DNA of 64,000 nucleotides. It comes from Treponema sp. (GTDB taxonomy: Bacteria > Spirochaetota > Spirochaetia > Treponematales > Treponemataceae). Position numbers and translations under genes: made by a program. How positions within the stretch are numbered: position 1 is the first letter of the stretch; each line of letters begins with the position of its first letter. Location of the stretch: the NCBI GenBank assembly GCA_024402655.1, contig JAKSTH010000002.1, positions 795 through 64,794 of the forward strand, given 5' to 3'. The notes beneath the pieces were generated by a model. That model did no database searches. It had not been told where the DNA came from and was given only the letters and a program-made list of their open reading frames with translations. This document shows positions 1 through 10,248 of the stretch, in pieces.

Positions 1-574
1 AATGGGTCGCAGCGGTAAATTATTTGCTTTTGAATATGCAGATATTATTCCAGATGTAGTACTTATTTCTAAAGCAATTGGCGGTTCTCAACCAATGGCA
101 GTTGTAGTTTATAATAAAGAACTTGATAAATGGACTGCAGGTGCACACGCTGGTACTTTCCGTGGAAATCAGCTTGCAATGAAGGCTGGTACAGTAGTTT
201 TAAATACTGTTTCTAAACCAGAATTCCTTGCTGAAGTAACAAGAAAAGGTGACTTAATCCGTTCCAAATTAATGGAATTAAAAGATAAAGTGTCTATTAT
301 TGGAGACATCCGCGGAAAAGGTCTCATGATTGGTACTGAATTTGTTGATCCAAAAGGTGAAAAAGACTGTATTGGTTCACTTCCAACCAGCGGTGAAATT
401 GCCGGTAAAGTTCAGAAAATGTGTTTTGAAAATGGACTTATTGTAGAAAAAGGCGGTAGAAACGGTTCTGTAATGCGTTGTCTTTGTGCATTAAATATTA
501 CAGATGAAGATTTAAGCAAAGCCTGGTCTATTTTTGAAAAATGTGTTCTTGCAATAGATAAAGAATATAAATAA
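1..574 (+). CDS. dat: Diaminobutyrate--2-oxoglutarate aminotransferase (class III PLP), 5'-truncated by the window edge
   Basis: GRSGKLFAFEYADIIPD, SKAIGGSQPM (PLP Lys), HAGTFRGNQLAM, GGRNGSVMR; directly upstream of a group II decarboxylase. Confidence 0.88.
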   Translation, partial: MGRSGKLFAFEYADIIPDVVLISKAIGGSQPMAVVVYNKELDKWTAGAHAGTFRGNQLAMKAGTVVLNTVSKPEFLAEVTRKGDLIRSKLMELKDKVSIIGDIRGKGLMIGTEFVDPKGEKDCIGSLPTSGEIAGKVQKMCFENGLIVEKGGRNGSVMRCLCALNITDEDLSKAWSIFEKCVLAIDKEYK

Positions 575-597
575 TTATTTATCTATACGGAGTTTTT

Positions 598-2040
598 ATG
601 AATTCAATTTTCCTCACCCATAATCAAGCTGATAAAGATGAATACAAAAAAATCACAGAACAGACTGCAAATGCAATTGCAGATGCTTTTGTTGATGAAA
701 AAGCTTATTCTGGTCCAACACCTGATGAGCTTAAAAAAATTGTTCATCAAGAATCCATTTTGCCTGAAAAAGGTCTTGGGTGGGAAAATGTATTTGAATC
801 CATTAAAGAAAAAATATTACCTAATCTTCTTCGTACACCTTCTACAGATTACATGCCACATCTTCACGGCCCTTCACTTGTAGAAAACATTGCAGCAGAA
901 CTTATTATCTCTTCTTTTAATCAGTCTATGGATAGCTGGGATCAGTCTCCAGTTGCAACAGAAATCGAAGTTGAAGTTATAAATCACCTATGCAAACTAT
1001 ATGGTTATGACTCAAACGCAGATGGTGTTTTTACAAGCGGTGGAAGTCAATCTAATCAAACAGCAATTATTCTTGCAAGAGATTGGTTTTGTAATACTCA
1101 CCTTCACTACGATGTTAAAAAATTTGGTATAAATGAAACTTGCCGTAAATTGCGAATGTATACCAGCGAGATTTCACATTTCTCTATGGAAAAATCTGCC
1201 CATATTCTAGGGCTTGGTTATCAGTCTGTTGTAAAAGTTCCTGTTGATTCAAAAAAGAAAATGGATGTAAATGCCTTAAAAAAACTTATTGAAGAAGATA
1301 AGAAAAACGGGAATATTCCATTTCTTATTGTAGCAACTGTTGGTACAACTGATTTTGGTTCTATTGATCCTTTAGAAGAACTTGCGGCTTTAGCTAAAGA
1401 AAATAATATGTGGCTTCATGCAGATGCTGCTTATGGTTCTGGTGTTATTCTTTCAGATAAATATTGTGACAGAGTAAAAGCACTTAATTTGTGTAATTCT
1501 ATTACAGTCGACTTCCATAAAATGTTCTTAATGACAATCAGCTGCAGTGCCGTTTTAATTAAAAACAAAAATGATTTTGACGCATTAACAATTCATGCAG
1601 ACTATTTAAATAGAACTGAAGATGAAGAAGACGGATATACAAATCTTGTTGATAAATCTTTACAAACAACCCGCCGTTTTGATGCATTAAAAGTATGGAC
1701 ATCTTTTCAGGTTCGTGGACGAGATGGTTGGGCTAAATTAATAAGTAACAGTATGGATAATGCTGCATATTTATATGAACAGCTTGTGAACAATAAAGAT
1801 TTTGAAGTTGCCACAAAACCTGAAATTAGTTCAGTTGTTTTTAGATTTATAAATACAGAAAATCCTGATGAAGTAAATAAAAAAGTCAGAAGAACCTTGT
1901 TACATAAATATGGTATTGTTATTGGCCAAACAGTAAACAATGGTTTTGTTTTCTTGAAATTTACATTATTAAATCCACTTATTACAAAAGAAAAACTAGA
2001 TTCATTAATTAATTTAATTCGGGAATTAAGTTCTAAATAA
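598..2040 (+). CDS. ddc: L-2,4-diaminobutyrate decarboxylase (group II PLP decarboxylase)
   Basis: NQSMDSWDQSP, GVFTSGGSQSN, GTTDFGSID, LHADAAYG, SITVDFHK, KSLQTTRRFDALK; paired with dat. Confidence 0.88.
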   Translation: MNSIFLTHNQADKDEYKKITEQTANAIADAFVDEKAYSGPTPDELKKIVHQESILPEKGLGWENVFESIKEKILPNLLRTPSTDYMPHLHGPSLVENIAAELIISSFNQSMDSWDQSPVATEIEVEVINHLCKLYGYDSNADGVFTSGGSQSNQTAIILARDWFCNTHLHYDVKKFGINETCRKLRMYTSEISHFSMEKSAHILGLGYQSVVKVPVDSKKKMDVNALKKLIEEDKKNGNIPFLIVATVGTTDFGSIDPLEELAALAKENNMWLHADAAYGSGVILSDKYCDRVKALNLCNSITVDFHKMFLMTISCSAVLIKNKNDFDALTIHADYLNRTEDEEDGYTNLVDKSLQTTRRFDALKVWTSFQVRGRDGWAKLISNSMDNAAYLYEQLVNNKDFEVATKPEISSVVFRFINTENPDEVNKKVRRTLLHKYGIVIGQTVNNGFVFLKFTLLNPLITKEKLDSLINLIRELSSK

Positions 2041-2106
2041 AAAAAGACAGGTAATTGCAATAAAAGATGTTTTTTACTAAGTTTTATTGCATTTACCTGT
2101 CTAATT
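2039..2106. terminator. Bidirectional terminator between convergent genes (21-bp arms, 1 mismatch)
   Basis: AGACAGGTAATTGCAATAAAA (2045-2065) / TTTTATTGCATTTACCTGTCT (2082-2102). Confidence 0.8.
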
Positions 2107-2129
2107 ATTTTAACATATTGTTAAAATTT

Positions 2130-4139
2130 CTATTTCTTTTCTACTCCTCTTTTTTTAATTGAAGAAATAGTAAAGTTTATGTTCTTTTCAGTTTCCTTTT
2201 CACTTTCAATTTCCACATCCCAAATAAGTGTAGAAACAGCAGTCATACCAATATTTTCTTTACTGTAATTTGTTGTAGGACGTTTAAAAGTTATAGGATT
2301 ATAATAATATGAACAAATTTCATTTGGCTCATATGCAAAGCTTAATCCATTTTCCAGGTCTGCAATTCTTGCAAAATCAACATTATTAAGCTTATTCTTT
2401 TTATTAAGTTTTTGAGTAGAAACCTCTGGATCCAAAACCATTCGTTCAGATTTATTCAATACTTCTACAATAAAATAGCTAAGTTTTTCTTTATCAAAAT
2501 TTACATTATTAAAGTTTGATTCAACTGCAAATTTTGCACGTAAAGTCTTATTACTTTTATTTTTAAGAATATACTGAACATTCATTCCGTCAGAATTTAT
2601 AATATATTTTTTTGTAAGTTGAACTTCCTGTTTTGTAGGCATAAACATGGCAGAAGCAGAAAGCAGGATTTCTCTTTTCTTTGTGTTAAATTTTACTTCT
2701 GTATAATGTATTTTAGAAAATACACCTTCTTTTGGAACTTCTCCACTTATATATGAATCGAACTGTTCATTAGAAAACAGGAAATCTACAAAAATACCTC
2801 GGCCATAATCATCTTCCTGGCCATCCCATTCTATAATGCGGTTTAAGTTGTCTGCATAGTTTCCACTATTTTTTATTGGCTCTAAATCTAAAATTGAACC
2901 GCCAATTAAACTGATGTATGCAAAGTAATTTTGCATTCTACAAACATATTCAAAAAGTCCGTCGCCATCATAATCAAAAGCAGTAATTGTTTCTTTAAAT
3001 GCACTGCCTTCTCTTAAAATTTTTTCAGCATCCATAAGATTTTTAAATGCTTTCTGACGATATTTTGAATTATTAAAAATGCTTTTATTTGTACACAACA
3101 AACCAAGTCCATTCTGAGCTTCCCAAAGTTTTTCTCTGGCAGCTTTTTTTCGCATCTTGTCCACTTTTGACTGATTAACAAGCATGCTTACATACATAAT
3201 TCTGTTATATAAAGAATGACTTGGATTATATATCTGCATAAAATCATAAGCATTTAAAGCTTTTAATTCTTTTCCTTTTGAACCAAAAATAGAAAGTTCT
3301 GTTCCTTCTGCAATTCTATGGTTCATGCCACAGGAAATATATCCAGGTATTTTTGTTGTATTAATTTTTCTGTAATTGTCTGGTGTAGAAAAAATGATTC
3401 GTGTATCTGTATTTTCTTTTAAATATGAAGCAAGTTTTTCAAACCATTTTACACTGTTCAGTTCTTTCATGGTTGAATGAGAAAGATTAATTGTTACAAC
3501 TCTACTTGGCTGCATCTGAAGATATTTATCTTTCTTCTCAACTTTTTCAACAGCTTTTACAATTTTAGTAATAAAATCTTTTGCAGATTCATCTTTTTCA
3601 GGTGCCAGATTTTCATAAGAAGGGAAAATTTCAACAGATTTTCCAAGATCAGTCATAATAATTGGAAGGAATTTCTGTTTATCACTTCCAATAATTTGTG
3701 AATCCAAAAAAGTATATTCAACACCACAAGTCTGTAAATTATTTACTAAAGAAGCGTCCCAGCAATCTGCAAAAAGAGTAATTCCTCTAGGTCTTTTACC
3801 AAGAGTTTGTCTTAATTCAGCAGAAAGCATATCAATTTGACCATTACGGTCTACAGGGAAAATTAATGGCAATATAGGTCCGTAGTATCCGCCACCTAAA
3901 ACTTCCAGCTGTTTTCTTTCAATCATCTCTTTTAAAATTGTTATTAATTCTTTTTTACGGTTTTTAAAATAAGAAAGCTGCAAACCAGAAAAAGAAAGAG
4001 AAAATTCAAAAGAAGGATTATTATAGAGAAATTTTACTATTGGTTTATAAACTGTCTGATAATCTTCTTCAAGAATTTTTGAAGATTCAAGACTATATGA
4101 TACAGACTTTATGCTAAAGCAAACGTATATTGAATTCAT
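2130..4139 (-). CDS. GH57/DUF1926 4-alpha-glucanotransferase-like protein; catalytic motifs degenerate
   Basis: QLEVLGGGYYGPIL, LGKRPRGI, DYDGDGLFE and a C-terminal beta-sandwich; no HxHQP, WLxE or DGEKFG motifs. Confidence 0.75.
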   Translation of the reverse strand: MNSIYVCFSIKSVSYSLESSKILEEDYQTVYKPIVKFLYNNPSFEFSLSFSGLQLSYFKNRKKELITILKEMIERKQLEVLGGGYYGPILPLIFPVDRNGQIDMLSAELRQTLGKRPRGITLFADCWDASLVNNLQTCGVEYTFLDSQIIGSDKQKFLPIIMTDLGKSVEIFPSYENLAPEKDESAKDFITKIVKAVEKVEKKDKYLQMQPSRVVTINLSHSTMKELNSVKWFEKLASYLKENTDTRIIFSTPDNYRKINTTKIPGYISCGMNHRIAEGTELSIFGSKGKELKALNAYDFMQIYNPSHSLYNRIMYVSMLVNQSKVDKMRKKAAREKLWEAQNGLGLLCTNKSIFNNSKYRQKAFKNLMDAEKILREGSAFKETITAFDYDGDGLFEYVCRMQNYFAYISLIGGSILDLEPIKNSGNYADNLNRIIEWDGQEDDYGRGIFVDFLFSNEQFDSYISGEVPKEGVFSKIHYTEVKFNTKKREILLSASAMFMPTKQEVQLTKKYIINSDGMNVQYILKNKSNKTLRAKFAVESNFNNVNFDKEKLSYFIVEVLNKSERMVLDPEVSTQKLNKKNKLNNVDFARIADLENGLSFAYEPNEICSYYYNPITFKRPTTNYSKENIGMTAVSTLIWDVEIESEKETEKNINFTISSIKKRGVEKK

Positions 4140-4230
4140 GTATTCTTTATACGGCTTTCCCCCAATGCCGAAAATTTCTCCTTTATATTAAGTGTTTGTG
4201 ATATAAGAAATTAGTGTCCAACCCAAATAA

Positions 4231-4839
4231 CTAATTCTTAATAACGCGTTTAAACAGTTTATACCATTGTTTCCAGAATTTAAAGTCATTTTTTTCTTCC
4301 CAAACAACAGCCTGTTCTTTTTGAATATCTGAACAACTTGTAGGTGAATTATCACAGTTAGAACAAGAAATAATCGAAGGTGTATCTTTTGGAATAAGTT
4401 TGATAATTCCTAAAGGACATATATCAACACATTTACCACATCCTACACAAGTACTTGTAATAACAGCAGAATTATTAACAATTTTAATTGCATTCTGAGG
4501 ACAAATCTTTACACAATCCCCTAAACCTATACAAGAAAATTTACAGTCAGTACCAGTACCATTATCAGAATTAATCATAAAACAGGTATGTGCTTTATTA
4601 AAAACAGTACGGCTAATTTTAAAATTTTTCTTGCATGAACACATTACAAAAGCTTTTTTATCAGAAACCTTTATTGGCTGACTTTCACTTTTAATGTAGT
4701 TTAATTCTTCTTCAGCAACAACTTTATTGGTTGTAAGTTCAAATTCATTTTCAGTTGCAAATGGTTTATTTACAAGAATGAGAATTAAAGCCGAAAGAAT
4801 AAGAATAATAAGAACTATTAAAACATATAATAAAACCAC
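4231..4839 (-). CDS. rnfB: RnfB-like membrane-anchored ferredoxin
   Basis: N-terminal TM helix; CKFSCIGLGDCVKICP and CVGCGKCVDICP; last gene in C-D-G-E-A-B order. Confidence 0.75.
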   Translation of the reverse strand: MVLLYVLIVLIILILSALILILVNKPFATENEFELTTNKVVAEEELNYIKSESQPIKVSDKKAFVMCSCKKNFKISRTVFNKAHTCFMINSDNGTGTDCKFSCIGLGDCVKICPQNAIKIVNNSAVITSTCVGCGKCVDICPLGIIKLIPKDTPSIISCSNCDNSPTSCSDIQKEQAVVWEEKNDFKFWKQWYKLFKRVIKN

Positions 4840-5397
4840 TTAGAATACCTCCGGATTAATCCACATAAAGTCCCATGAAGAAATTACAAGAATGATGATT
4901 GCAATAAAAATAAAAAGTCTGCTCATATAAACTTCTGGCTGTTCAATATCTTTTAAATTTCTTTTTCTGAATGAGTAAACTAATGGAACAAAAAGTAACA
5001 TGGCAATAATAGTACTTAAAGAAATCACTATAGTATTAACTAATGCAGTACTTTCAGAAACTGAAAGCAGAACAGTCAAATATGAAAGAACAAACTCTGT
5101 ACTTGATTTTTTTGTGAGATATCTTGTTATCATTTCAAAAAGCATGGAAATAAATACATAAACAAGAAGACTTGTAAATGGATAAAGTTCAGCAAGTTTT
5201 AATGGTACAAGAAGTTTATCTGCTATTAACCATGAAAGAATACTACTTACAAGAATAGTTAAAATCACTTTTCCAAAGTAAATAATATCTTTGTTTTTCA
5301 TAGTATTTACATCAGCAGTTTTATTAAGTCCAATTCCATAAATTAAAATTGAAGAAGCAAAGCAAACATAATAAAAAAATGCATTTAAATAAATCAT
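4840..5397 (-). CDS. RnfA-like integral membrane protein (divergent)
   Basis: 185 aa with 5-6 TM helices, LLVPLKL segment; rnfA position in the operon. Confidence 0.6.
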   Translation of the reverse strand: MIYLNAFFYYVCFASSILIYGIGLNKTADVNTMKNKDIIYFGKVILTILVSSILSWLIADKLLVPLKLAELYPFTSLLVYVFISMLFEMITRYLTKKSSTEFVLSYLTVLLSVSESTALVNTIVISLSTIIAMLLFVPLVYSFRKRNLKDIEQPEVYMSRLFIFIAIIILVISSWDFMWINPEVF

Positions 5398-6011
5398 TCA
5401 CAAGCCTCCACATTTTTAATAATGTTAGATTTATTTCTAACAACAATATGAATAAACAAAACAACAGCAGAGAATAATAATGAGCCTGGTATTGAAGCAA
5501 GTAAAGAGAAAATACTTACTTTTTCTGGATCAAGTAAAACTTTTTCTACAATATTGAACCCTGAACCAAAGTATGTGATTGTTCCGTAACCAAAAACATC
5601 GCGAATCAGAAAATATAAAAGTGCATATACAGAGAAAGTCAGAATATGTGAAAAAGTAAATTTTAATCTTTTACCAAGTGGGTCTTCTACATCTGAAAAT
5701 AAATATCCCAAGAAGAAGAAAGATATTGGCATAAGATAAATTACAAAGCCAAGTGTAAGAACTACTTCAGGATTAATTAAAACCATAATCTGTCTAAAAA
5801 GAATTGTTGTAAAAACAGTACTTCCTAAAAGAATAACCGAAGATTCTTCTTCCAGTTTAAGTGTTTTAGTAAGAGAGTTAATAAGAATTCCTATGAGCAT
5901 TACAAGATTTAACTGTAATACAAGAGCTAATCCATAAACAAAACGTCCTGGAGAAGGCACCAGCATTGCCAGTGCTGTTGAAACAAATACATATATTGAT
6001 CTTCTTTTCAT
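5394..6011 (-). CDS. RnfE-like integral membrane protein (divergent)
   Basis: Multi-TM; LIRDVFGYGTI and ASIPGSLL resemble RnfE IREILGxGT and PPGAF. Confidence 0.65.
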   Translation of the reverse strand: MKRRSIYVFVSTALAMLVPSPGRFVYGLALVLQLNLVMLIGILINSLTKTLKLEEESSVILLGSTVFTTILFRQIMVLINPEVVLTLGFVIYLMPISFFFLGYLFSDVEDPLGKRLKFTFSHILTFSVYALLYFLIRDVFGYGTITYFGSGFNIVEKVLLDPEKVSIFSLLASIPGSLLFSAVVLFIHIVVRNKSNIIKNVEACE

Positions 6012-6019
6012 AATCTTTC

Positions 6020-6475
6020 CTATTTACCAAGAATTGAAGGAACTTTTCTCTGCCAGTATTCTATGCGCTGGTCAAAGCTTTTGTCTCTAAACTGTGTAGC
6101 AATTCTTCCATGAAGTGAAGAAAATCCTGCAAATTCAACATTGTTATTTTCATCACAAGTGAAAACACAAGCTAAAGGTCCGTATAAAGTAGTTACTCTT
6201 AAAATTACTGCTTCACTAACCTCTTTTGTCTGTTTATTAATAATATTATAAGCAGCTGCATTAGTAGTCATAGGACTGGAAATTTCGATTGTATCGCCAA
6301 CCAGCCAAACATCCCCATTTTCATTCAATACTTTTTCAACACTTGCTCTAAGTCCATTAACCCAGGAATTTCTAGAAAGTTTTACTGAATAAATAAGAAT
6401 TAAAAATGCTGCTAAAAGCAAGGCTGCTGCAATAGCATAATTTCTAAAATATTGTTTATAAGAAAAGTTTTTCAT
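6020..6475 (-). CDS. RnfG-position membrane-anchored protein lacking the FMN motif
   Basis: One N-terminal TM; TTLYGPLACV resembles RnfG GYxGxI; lies between rnfD-like and rnfE-like genes; no [ST]GAT. Confidence 0.5.
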   Translation of the reverse strand: MKNFSYKQYFRNYAIAAALLLAAFLILIYSVKLSRNSWVNGLRASVEKVLNENGDVWLVGDTIEISSPMTTNAAAYNIINKQTKEVSEAVILRVTTLYGPLACVFTCDENNNVEFAGFSSLHGRIATQFRDKSFDQRIEYWQRKVPSILGK

Positions 6476-6484
6476 TCATCAACC

Positions 6485-7558
6485 TCATTTAGCCTGAACT
6501 AATTTTGAAACAAGTTTATTAACTTTAATTTCATCCTGTTTTTCTTCTATAACGCGGATAATAAGATTAATTACGTTACAAATAAGAATTGTATAACACA
6601 TACCTACAGATGAAGTTCCACAACCCATAATAAAGAATGCTATAATACCACAGCAAATACCGTATATTATTTTACCAGCATTTGTTACAGGAATTGTTCC
6701 ATACCACTGCAAAAGGAAAACTGCAAAGAAAAGAGTTCCACTTGTACATAAAGCAAGAATTAAATCTCCCTGAGCTAAAGGTCCTCCAGTCATAACTGGT
6801 AAAAGGAAACGAACTAAAAGACCAAAAACAATAAGGAAAATTGAAGGAATTACAGAAGATGAACTGTCATCAGCATAAAGGAAAATTGAACTGATAATTG
6901 TTATAAAAGTAAATCTGAAGGCAGGAATTACAGACTGAGAATCCCACAAAAGTGAAAGAACACCTTCTGGTAAAGTTACCTTAAACCAATAAAGAATAGT
7001 ACTGTTTAAAATGTGACTCAAAGTAATATCAAAATCAAATACAGTAAAATTACCAGATTTAATAAGAAGAACAGATGGATTTTTAATTGAAAGAATATCT
7101 TTTGTTACTTCAAAACCTGGGAAATATGATGTACCAATAAAACTTGCAAGAACAACAGCAACACAAATTACATTAATCCAAGACTGTGTTTTAGTTTCAA
7201 AAATTACCTTTTCAATTGTCAAAACAAAGAAAGATAAAAGGAACACAGTAAATGGAGGGAATGTCTGTGGCATAAGCATACCAATAAAAATTCCCTGAGA
7301 AATAATTGGAATATTTGTAAAAAGCTGTGTTTTTTTACTTGCATAATTAATAATACAAGCACAAAGACTGCCGGCAAGAGCTGCACCTACAACACAAAGA
7401 GCACTATAACTTTTTGTAAAAATGAGCATAGCAATCTGAATTGTCAGCATAATCAAAACACGAATAGAAACTGCTGAATATGAAGGTTTATTAAAGAAAT
7501 AAGGTTTTAATAAAACCGGAGTCTTTTTAATTTTATAATCGAAATCAATATGTTTCAT
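6485..7558 (-). CDS. rnfD: RnfD-like membrane subunit (divergent)
   Basis: GIFIGMLMP, SGTLFFAVF, TIPVTNAGKIIYGICCG, YTILICN. Confidence 0.75.
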   Translation of the reverse strand: MKHIDFDYKIKKTPVLLKPYFFNKPSYSAVSIRVLIMLTIQIAMLIFTKSYSALCVVGAALAGSLCACIINYASKKTQLFTNIPIISQGIFIGMLMPQTFPPFTVFLLSFFVLTIEKVIFETKTQSWINVICVAVVLASFIGTSYFPGFEVTKDILSIKNPSVLLIKSGNFTVFDFDITLSHILNSTILYWFKVTLPEGVLSLLWDSQSVIPAFRFTFITIISSIFLYADDSSSSVIPSIFLIVFGLLVRFLLPVMTGGPLAQGDLILALCTSGTLFFAVFLLQWYGTIPVTNAGKIIYGICCGIIAFFIMGCGTSSVGMCYTILICNVINLIIRVIEEKQDEIKVNKLVSKLVQAK

Positions 7559-7562
7559 AAAA

Positions 7563-8861
7563 TTACTTCCTTTCCAATCGTTCTTTTAATACTGCAATAG
7601 TCTGACACAGTGGTAATCTGGAAGGACACACTGTATTACAAAGTCCACATTCAGTACAAACAAGAGCCGAATTAACATAATTTTCAGAAATAATAGTTTT
7701 ATTTGCCATGTAATTGTACAAAATATCTGGAGAAATCTTTTCAGAACAAGCATAACGACAGTTTCCACAACCTATACATGAATAAACATGATAGTCTGTT
7801 GCCTTAAATTCAGAAACAAATTCCACAGATTTTACATATTTTGTAATTGGAATATCCATATTGTTTACAGTGTAACCACAAACAAGACCGTTTATAACTA
7901 CAAGTGCAGGCTGTTCTTTAAAACCACCAAGCTGTGCAACAATATCTTTAATTCTAAAACCAATTTTTACATCCATAAAACAAGAAGCTTTTAAACAGTT
8001 TCCTGAAAAATGAATTAATTTACTAATAGAAGGAACTCCATTTACAATAGATTTGAATACTTCAAACATTGTTCCTGAATCAACAAAAAGATCATCTTCT
8101 GAAATGCTGATATTATTTGCTTTTTTAAAAGTTTTATTAAAAGCAAATGTAATTTCCCGTTTAAATCCTGCAGGATACTTTCTAGTATTCATTTCAAGAA
8201 TATGACCATTTGGAATGCGTGAAAAATATTCCAGCTGTGCTTTATTGAATTTTTTATCGATTACGAAAACAACTTCATTAGCATCCATTGCTTTTGCAAC
8301 AATTTCAATTCCCTGTAAAATTTCATCAAAAAAGAATTTTGTATAAAGAGAATCAGAAATACGCATAAAATCTTCATCAAAAAATCTGATAATAAGAGAT
8401 TTCTTTTCTCTTTTACTCTGACGAAGAATCTGTTCACCTAAAGAAGAAGGTTCATATGAAAGGAATGTATTAATTACACCGTATTCTGTAAGTTTTGTGA
8501 TAATTGATGATTCAGAAAATTTTTCCCAATCATTAATAACATGAGGTTTTCCTGTATATGAAAAACTTCCGCCAAGTTTAATTCTAACAGCATTTTCAAG
8601 ATTACCATTAGGACATGTCTGGGAAATAATATCAATTACTTCACCAGGAATTGGAGAATGAATAACAGCTTTATAACCGTCTCCTGAAGAAGGACGTGCA
8701 ATTACATCACCTTCATTAACTTTTTCTCCTGGTTCTACAAGACATCTACAGGAACAGTTTTTTTCATGAGATAAAGGCACAATAGCAATTTTTGGAAGAT
8801 AAGCGCTGCCATAAAATGCATAGTCCTTTATTTTTGTTGATGTATCTTGTAAAGTTATCAT
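7563..8861 (-). CDS. rnfC: RnfC-like subunit (barrel-sandwich, SLBB, 2x[4Fe-4S])
   Basis: VEPGEKVNEGDVIA, IHSPIPGEV, KYPAG, CIGCGNCRYAC, CTECGLCNTVCPSRLPL. Confidence 0.8.
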   Translation of the reverse strand: MITLQDTSTKIKDYAFYGSAYLPKIAIVPLSHEKNCSCRCLVEPGEKVNEGDVIARPSSGDGYKAVIHSPIPGEVIDIISQTCPNGNLENAVRIKLGGSFSYTGKPHVINDWEKFSESSIITKLTEYGVINTFLSYEPSSLGEQILRQSKREKKSLIIRFFDEDFMRISDSLYTKFFFDEILQGIEIVAKAMDANEVVFVIDKKFNKAQLEYFSRIPNGHILEMNTRKYPAGFKREITFAFNKTFKKANNISISEDDLFVDSGTMFEVFKSIVNGVPSISKLIHFSGNCLKASCFMDVKIGFRIKDIVAQLGGFKEQPALVVINGLVCGYTVNNMDIPITKYVKSVEFVSEFKATDYHVYSCIGCGNCRYACSEKISPDILYNYMANKTIISENYVNSALVCTECGLCNTVCPSRLPLCQTIAVLKERLERK

Positions 8862-10234
8862 TTTTTACCACCCTTTCTTATAATAGCCGAAAAATCAATA
8901 AAAAGTAACATACAAACGGAAATAATCATCACAATTATTGTAAAAATATTTACACTATAACTGCTGCTGGCAGTATAACCGAAACTTGCATCTGTTCCCT
9001 GACTTTTTAAAACCTGTTCAATGGAATAAAAGTCCAGAGAATCAATGGAATCCATTACCTGATTCTTAAAGTCCTGATCATAAGAATAAGTAATTTCAAT
9101 TTTTTTAATTTTTCCATCTTCTTTTACATATTCAGGAAAAACAATTTTAGAAGATCCATTGTCTTTATTTATTGATTTATATGATAAAGATTTAATATCC
9201 CAAGTCCATTTTGAAAAATCTTCAAGATTAGAAAGATTTTTTGAAGAAAGAGTTGTTTCTCCAGGTAATAATACTTTTGCAAACTGACCATTAAAAGAAT
9301 CTGAACTGTTTAATATAAAATAGGCAAACACACCAGCAACTGCAATTGTAGCCGCAAGAACAACAGGTTTCATTTTTCCGCCGTAAATTGAAACTTGTCT
9401 TGCATTTCTAATATTTATGAAAGTATAAGTCTGTTTTTTTAGAATTTCATCTTCTTTAATTTTTTTCCAGAAAAGATAACCTGCATCGCAGCCAATAACC
9501 ATCAGCGCAAAAACTCCGGAAAGCCATGAATTAGCAAATGCAAGAACCACAGAAAGTATTACAAATACATAAAAATCAAAAGAATGAAGTAATTTAGAAA
9601 CTGCACCATTTCTTCCCCATAGATTAATCAAAAGAAAGAAAGCAATTAAAATGAAAATTGCAGATATGCTGCAGCTGTAAAAAGGATTTGTTACTGCAAA
9701 AAAGACAGGAAATAATTCCAGTAATATAAAAAATATTTTACGCTTTACAAACAACAGTAAAATTAATGCCACTAAAACAGTAAGCAAAGGAAGCACAAAA
9801 GGATAAGAGAAGGAACTGTCTATTCCAGCTGCAATCCCCTGTTTATTTAAAGCTTTAATTAACTGATTAACATTTTCTTTATAATCATTATGAACATAAT
9901 AAAGTTTGTATTGTTTAGCTGAATCGAAAAAATAATTTTCTCTTAAAGAAAGATAGTCTGATTTTTGTTTATTAATATTTAATGTGAACAAAGTTTTTTC
10001 AAGAGAATTTGCTGTAAGCATAATAGGGATTCTCTGCTTTGCAAGGCTCACATATTCTTCTATCTGGAACTGAGTAAAACCGTCCTGCATAACTTCATCA
10101 TCTACAGAAACAGGCACATAAACTACAGTATAAGAATCCCATAATTTTCCACTTGGAACTGTTCGGAAAGTGTATAATGCAAAAACTGTGAATAAAGAGA
10201 ATATAAAAATAAAAACTTTTTTAATCAGATTCAT
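8858..10234 (-). CDS. Hypothetical multi-TM protein with extracytoplasmic domains, coupled to rnfC (4-nt overlap)
   Basis: 458 aa with about 8 hydrophobic segments; stop overlaps the rnfC ATG. Confidence 0.7.
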   Translation of the reverse strand: MNLIKKVFIFIFSLFTVFALYTFRTVPSGKLWDSYTVVYVPVSVDDEVMQDGFTQFQIEEYVSLAKQRIPIMLTANSLEKTLFTLNINKQKSDYLSLRENYFFDSAKQYKLYYVHNDYKENVNQLIKALNKQGIAAGIDSSFSYPFVLPLLTVLVALILLLFVKRKIFFILLELFPVFFAVTNPFYSCSISAIFILIAFFLLINLWGRNGAVSKLLHSFDFYVFVILSVVLAFANSWLSGVFALMVIGCDAGYLFWKKIKEDEILKKQTYTFINIRNARQVSIYGGKMKPVVLAATIAVAGVFAYFILNSSDSFNGQFAKVLLPGETTLSSKNLSNLEDFSKWTWDIKSLSYKSINKDNGSSKIVFPEYVKEDGKIKKIEITYSYDQDFKNQVMDSIDSLDFYSIEQVLKSQGTDASFGYTASSSYSVNIFTIIVMIISVCMLLFIDFSAIIRKGGKK

Positions 10235-10248
10235 GCACTTTCCTTATT

